From Eledone cirrhosa (Eukaryota), in NCBI GenBank assembly GCA_964016885.1, contig OZ024742.1, positions 259,842,001 to 259,906,000 on the forward strand: a stretch of 64,000 nt of DNA, in the 5' to 3' direction. The number at the start of each line of letters is the position of its first letter. Position 1 is the stretch's first letter. Made by a program: the position numbers and the translations under genes. This document shows, piece after piece, positions 56,706 to 64,000 of this stretch. The notes beneath the pieces are model-generated. The model saw only the letters and a program-made list of their open reading frames with translations, was not told where the DNA came from and made no database searches.

Positions 56706-57055
56706 AAAGAAACAATGCAATTATTAATAAGAAAAATTGAAATTAATGCACGCAAAATTTCACAGCTCTGCATCATTCTTTCATAGCCAAACATTGAACT
56801 TTTCAGTAATAAATCGAATAAAAACATCTCCATTTCATTGTTCTGTAAAAAGCTCATTGGAAGATTTGAAAAAAAAACATCTCAGAGCCCAATTATGCAA
56901 GAATATCACAGAAAACAATATAATTATATAATGCAATACATATTACAATGTTCAAAAGCAATTAGAATATAAAAATATTGTTTATATTACCTCTTATACT
57001 TAAACTATATATAAATATATGTATATATACACACATACATGCATACATACATACA

Positions 57056-57155
<100 letters not shown>

Positions 57156-57175
57156 TGTGTGTGTGTGTGTGTGTT

Positions 57176-57230
<55 letters not shown>

Positions 57231-57790
57231 GGTAAACAGAAATAACAACACAATCGGTACAATATATGGAAGGGATATATTAGGTTAACGCTTGATATAG
57301 CATACATACATACATATATGCATGCACATATATAGAGAGAGTGTGTATGTGTGTGTGCATGTGTGTGCGTGTGCGTGTATATGTACAGTATATATAGAGT
57401 GTAAATATTAGTTGCGACTAACTGGTGCCAAGCTGTATTAGTCTTTGCCTTGTCCTTAGACATCATATGTCATCATCATCATCATTCTTCGACTACTGTC
57501 AAGATGATGGATCTCACTCTCATGCCCCAGAACTCCCTGTCCCCCATATAGTGCGGTTCCCTGAGGAACAGGAACCCTGGTGCAGTCATTTGCGAAATCC
57601 ATCATCTTTTCAAATAGCTAATAATGTGTGTGGGCGCCACTACTACACACATGTGAAAGAATTTGACAGCCAAGTCTTGAAGAAGGTGCTTTCTCCTCCG
57701 TGTGGTGGGTTACCCGGAGCCAGATACCAACCTGGCATTTATACGCTCGCCCATCATATGTAGTGTGTATGTATATATATATACATATAT

Positions 57791-57898
<108 letters not shown>

Positions 57899-58756
57899 GT
57901 ATATATATATATAGTTTATGGCACACTGAAGTGGTTTGCCTGGTTATTTTGTGTTTATAAACCTCGCACACTAATCACACGGTCACACGCCAAGTATGAG
58001 AAAATGAACGCAAATCGACAATTCTAATTTAACATTTTCATTGCCATATTTCTAATGAAAGTCACTAGCTTATATTTACAAATAATCTGGAGGGATTTAG
58101 TGATATAATTAATTGTCTCATTATTGTGTTGATCTTTACAACACAACAAAAGTTTTACATAGAAGGCAAGATGGAGTAAACAAAATTAAGATGGAATGAT
58201 TTTAGATAAAAACAAAGTTTCTATATTGTAGAACCAGGGTCGCATTGAAGCAGTTTGCTATCAAAAGGGTTAATTGTTTGTCACCGATTGAACTGAAATC
58301 AAACGAAGAAATTTTCTTACACCCAGACTTCTGAAACCCAATATATACACATAGATCGATAAAGTAATTCGGTTTCTTTCCTATATTATTTTTATCTGTC
58401 GTCTCTCGTTTTCTTTTATTTATTTTTTTTCAGGTACAGTATATTTATTATTGCAGAATACGTTGCTTTGCATAAACAGATATAACACAATTTGATGGAA
58501 AAGATGTGTCAAACCTTCCTCTACTTTTTCCATGATTTTTTTTTATTACATTATTTCTGAAAATAGCAATCAAACGTATGAAGAGTGGTTTGTGAGAATG
58601 GTGGATGGACAGAAGCATTCACTTCCTGTTGCTGCTGCTGGTGGTTTTGTTGTTGTTCCTTATTTCCTGCAGATAAAACTCATAAAACAAATAGAAAAAA
58701 AATCTATATCTCAAATAATTTTTCATTTTAATAATTTTTCAAGTTCTTCTGAGAAA

Positions 58757-58809
<53 letters not shown>

Positions 58810-58816
<7 letters not shown>

Positions 58817-59379
58817 TAAGAAAAATGGAGTGGTGCGTGGATGAATAAAATTAGTCCTTCATCAGTGATCTTCCAACTTTCATTGATATTTCATCGCTTT
58901 AAAAATCATATACCGCTGGTTGGTGCGAGCAATAACTAAATAAAGTTATTGGGACAAGTGAAATAGGGTGAAACGAGCGAGACATGTAAACAAACAACGA
59001 TGGTATGGCAACGTAAAGATAGGAATAGACAAGTACATGATATATGTAAGCTTAAGCTTGGTGAATTCATGGACGAGAGATACAGACCTTCCGACATGGG
59101 TGAGATGTGAGCGACAAAAGGATTTCACACAGGTCAAAAGGGAGGAAGTGAGAAAGGGGGAGAAGCAGAGAGTGAGTGATTGGAAGTGTGAGGAAGAGGC
59201 CAGTCGAGAGAGTGTGTGTGACTGGCAGAGGGGGTAAAAAGACGGTGAGAGATACAGAGAGAGGGGAAGCAGTAAGAAAGAAACAGACAATCGCAGCTGA
59301 GGAAAGAATATAAATATAAGAAAAATGAAGTGCTGCGTGGTTGCACATGGGTTACATATGAATAAAATTAGTCCTTCAT
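58810..59379 (-). mobile_element. About 500-bp monomer plus partial direct repeat in (TA)n, with the 5' half of an HHR
   Basis: ataaatataagaaaaatg...gaataaaattagtccttcat occurs at both ends; minus strand CTGATGA-aggacta without a downstream GAAA. Confidence 0.55.
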
Positions 59380-59462
59380 ATATATATATACATATATATA
59401 TAAATATATACACATAAGTATAAATATATATACATATATATATATATTTAAATACATACATG

Positions 59463-59585
<123 letters not shown>

Positions 59586-59619
59586 GAGATACTGAAAGTG
59601 TTTTCACACCCCCAATGGG

Positions 59620-61240
59620 GTACTTGCAAATGACAAAACCAGGGGAATTCTTTAATGCCACAGCACTACACAGAGAAATGGCGACCAACAACCATATAGA
59701 TAGAACGGAGGAAGATGTAATATCACCCATAGAAGATATTAAAGTAAACTCCCATACTTCATTCCTTCAGGTGAAACTCTCGTGGCACCCAACAACATCA
59801 GAAACTTGGGAGTAATTGTGGACAACAACATAAGTGGGCCACTCATATAGACAGCAAAGTTGACATGGCCCGCAGAATGTGTTCCTGGATTCTCAGAATC
59901 TTCCAGTCGAGAGATATCCACACTGTTATCCTTCTCTTCTCCACTTTTGACCTACCCCACCTTGAATACTGTTGTCAACTGTGGTCTCCCCACATGAAAC
60001 AAGGTATCATGAAAGTTGAAGCACCTCACAAGTCAATTACAAAAAAGATAGATGGCATGACAGGCCTTGACTATTGGAGTCGACTAGAAAAGCTCAACAT
60101 TTATTCTCTCCAACGTCGCCGTGAGCGCTACATTATCTGCATGATGTGGAAAATATTCTGAGCGCTACATTATCTGCATGATGTGGAAAATATTCTGAGC
60201 GCTACATTATCTGCATGATGTGGAAAATATTCTGAGCGCTACATTATCTGCATGATGTGGAAAATATTCTGAGCGCTACATTATCTGCATGATGTGAAAA
60301 ATATTCTGAGCGCTACATTATCTGCATGATGTGGAAAATATTCTGAGCGCTACATTATCTGCATGATGTGAAAAATATTCTGAGCGCTACATTATCTGCA
60401 TGATGTGGAAAATATTCTGAGCGCTACATTATCTGCATGATGTGGAAAATATTCTGAGCGCTACATTATCTGCATGATGTGGAAAATATTCTGAGCGCTA
60501 CATTATCTGCATGATGTGGAAAATATTCTGAGCGCTACATTATCTGCATGATGTGGAAAATATTCTGAGCGCTACATTATCTGCATGATGTGAAAAATAT
60601 TCTGAGCGCTACATTATCTGCATGATGTGGAAAATATTCTGAGCGCTACATTATCTGCATGATGTGAAAAATATTCTGAGCGCTACATTATCTGCATGAT
60701 GTGGAAAATATTCTGAGCGCTACATTATCTGCATGATGTGGAAAATATTCTGAGCGCTACATTATCTGCATGATGTGGAAAATATTCTGAGCGCTACATT
60801 ATCTGCATGATGTGGAAAATATTCTGAGCGCTACATTATCTGCATGATGTGAAAAATATTCTATCAGCATTGCCCAAATGATGTTGGCATAACCTTTAAG
60901 GTATACGCAAGGCTTGGGCTCTGTGCTATGCGCCCACCACAAATATCACACTCCTATCTCATAACAACAATACGGCACAACTATTTCACCTAAATTGGCC
61001 CCGCTTTCTTTAACATTACACCATAACACATTAAAACGGAAACACACCCATGAAGTTCAAAAAGTCTTTGGACAAATTCCTTCAAGAAATCCTGGATAAA
61101 CCTCTCACACCTGGATATGTCTCCGTAAACAATCACAATGGCTTCCAACTTCTGATATGAAACATTTCGCTAGGTGGTGCTATTAAGTTAGACATTGTCT
61201 GGGCTAGTACTGGCCGAAACCTATCAAATTTGTCAAAGTT
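59620..61240 (+). mobile_element. 5'-truncated CR1/L2-group LINE 3' region
   Basis: LLFSTFDLPHLEYCCQLWSPH...SITKKIDGMTGLDYWSRLEKLNIYSLQRRRERYII..WKI fits the CR1-group post-RT consensus; later FKKSLDKFLQEI.D.P. Confidence 0.85.
60122..60861. repeat. 20 x 37-bp tandem array derived from the LINE coding sequence
   Basis: Unit tgagcgctacattatctgcatgatgtg(g/a)aaaatattc, no spacers; the LINE sequence resumes at 60862. Confidence 0.97.
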
Positions 61241-61253
61241 ATATATATATATA

Positions 61254-61412
<159 letters not shown>

Positions 61413-61543
61413 ATTCATATGTGTATATATATATATGTATGTATATACATTTGTTTATATATTCATATGTATATATACATATATATATTTATCTATACAT
61501 GTATGTATATGTACATATATATATTTATTTATCTATACATATA

Positions 61544-61601
<58 letters not shown>

Positions 61602-61684
61602 TATGTATAAATATACATATATCTTTTTTTTATTTAGACATACATATATATACACATATATACAAACATACATATATATATATA

Positions 61685-61769
<85 letters not shown>

Positions 61770-61804
61770 ATATATAGAAATATATATATATATATATATA
61801 TATA

Positions 61805-61854
<50 letters not shown>

Positions 61855-62140
61855 TATAGATATAGATGAAGGGATGAAGACACACAGAGAGTTCGTTAAT
61901 TACACTGTTGGCTCTGTCCCAGTTGAAAATGTAGTCATTATCTCTCTTCTACCCCAACTTTAGTCATTCAGAATACAACTGATTTACTGGTCATCCAACA
62001 AACCAGCTGTCCATTACAAGACATCCAGCAATTAGCAATTATCTTGTATAGAAAGTAAGATGGATAATGGCCAGCGATTTGGGCCTTAAACTCCTGCGTC
62101 CATATAGATCCTTTTAGATATATATGTACGCATAAATCTT

Positions 62141-62186
<46 letters not shown>

Positions 62187-62259
62187 GTATATATATATAT
62201 ATACGTATATATATATATATACGTATATATATATATATATATATATACTTATACATACA

Positions 62260-62373
<114 letters not shown>

Positions 62374-62374
62374 C

Positions 62375-62475
<101 letters not shown>

Positions 62476-62501
62476 CAAAAGATGGTTAAAAGAGTTCCAT
62501 G

Positions 62502-62572
62502 TATTTTATTATGCGCATTTCAAAAACAAATATCATCATGGGATGATATTTGCGTTCTCATCAGATAAAATA
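62502..62572 (-). ncRNA. Family D hammerhead motif, intact, single-arm copy (element 62470-62640) in (TA)n
   Basis: Near-identical to 30678-30748. Confidence 0.85.
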
Positions 62573-62638
62573 AGGAGACATGATATGAAGCTTAAAAAAC
62601 ACTTGCGAGCAGTGAAGTGTTAAATCAACATATAACCT

Positions 62639-62691
<53 letters not shown>

Positions 62692-62782
62692 CCAAAAATG
62701 GCTGACTGACCACACACGTGGTTTTTCTCAAAAACTTTTAATCAGTTCCCTCTTCTTCTTCGTCTCTATGTTTCTATTTCAT

Positions 62783-62884
62783 ATAATTGTTTCTACTTTT
62801 GGCACAAGTCCACCAATTACTCAGTGCATTACTGGTACTTTATTTTATCGACCTCGTAAGGATGAAAGGCAAAGTTAACCTCGG
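62783..62884 (-). mobile_element. SINE family 1, truncated
   Basis: Reverse complement of the family 1 3' half. Confidence 0.85.
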
Positions 62885-63134
62885 TTGTATTTTTTAATTT
62901 TATCTCGCGAAGAAGGGCTGCTATATCAAATATTAAACCAATATATTTATTATTTGATTTGTTGTTTCCGTTTAATTTTCGTATACATATTTATAGATAT
63001 ATAATTGTATACATATATATATATATACATACACACTTTTAAAAAAATATGTGTATGTGTGTGTGTGTGTATAAATGAAAAAACAATGCTGTCAAGGACA
63101 GCGATGAGCAAAAATGCAAATATATATATATATA

Positions 63135-63440
63135 AGTGGATGGCTTCATGCGTTCTTAAAAGACGGAAGCCACACTGCGGCAGCCAACAGTAGGGCTCTC
63201 TCAAAGGAATCGTCTATAACAAGCAGCGTACCCCACAGAACGTTCTTGGGACCACTACTGTTTGTCGTGGTTCCCTCACGAGCTGTGCTGATGACACGAA
63301 AGTAGCACAAGCAATCAAGAAAACTGCTGATGCTGCTCTCTTACCGCAAGATTTAGATGCCGTATACGAATGGGCTGAATACAAGAATATACAATTTAAT
63401 GCAAGTAAGTTTCAAGCCATTCGTTTTCAACCTACAATCA
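63135..63440 (+). mobile_element. CR1-group LINE RT fragment
   Basis: ITSSVPHRTFLGPLLF (GVPQG..LGPLLF), ADDTKV, QDLDAVYEWA...IQFNASKFQ. Confidence 0.8.
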
Positions 63441-63953
63441 TATGACCACCACAGCAAGAGTACGCTGAATCAAGGCAAAGCCTAATTTGCACACCGAGCG
63501 ATTTTACGGCCGGCTTTGCTGAAAATTGAAAACAAAATTTGTTTTCGCTCTAAAATGGTGGATACAGAAATGAATTTGAGAGTGAATAACAATACTATAA
63601 TAAATATGGTCTTCTAGAAATCACAGATGTTGTTATGCGGCTGTTTTCTTGCAAACAAACTGAATGTTAATAATATTATTATAATATTATTATTATTCAC
63701 TCGCGAATATATATGTGAAGGCGTGTGGCTGAGTGGTTAGAGAATTGGATTCACAATCCTGAGGTTGTGAGTTCGATTCCTGGATACGTTATGTCCTGGA
63801 GAAAGACACTTTATTTCACGCTGCTCCATCTACCTGGCGTTGCGACCGATAGATAGTATTAGCAACTGGAAAGACCGACGAAAACATTGTTTCCTCGGTC
63901 CGATTTGACGAAAGTCGATTGAAAAAAATATATATATATATATATAATCAAGG

Positions 63954-63984
<31 letters not shown>

Positions 63985-64000
63985 GTAATAATAATAAATT

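Noticed and set aside
60122-60861. CRISPR array (37-bp repeats)
   Set aside because: Units are contiguous with no unique spacers, derive from LINE coding sequence, and there are no cas genes; the DNA is eukaryotic.

Overview
Very AT-rich, microsatellite-saturated eukaryotic DNA. The repeat landscape suggests a cephalopod (octopus-like) genome, which is an inference. Almost all listed ORFs are artefacts of (TA)n, (TG)n, (TACA)n and trinucleotide tracts. The only convincing host coding sequence is a 336-bp phase-1/phase-1 exon (48015-48350, +) encoding an N-terminal Ig domain resembling Turtle/IGSF9, so much of the window is probably intronic. The rest is transposon debris: two Penelope-like elements (PLEs) with GIY-YIG endonuclease remnants; R4-like, HERO-like, CR1-like, RTE-like and Tx1-like LINE fragments; two tRNA-derived SINE families; hAT MITEs; and a Helitron. 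The most notable signal was read by eye: more than a dozen type I hammerhead ribozyme (HHR) motifs, intact or degenerate, from several unrelated sequence families. They lie in PLE 3' ends and in short non-coding elements inserted mostly in (TA)n tracts. These elements occur either as long hairpins or as about 480-500 bp monomers with a partial direct repeat, resembling retrozymes. All folds were judged manually and none is experimentally or computationally confirmed.
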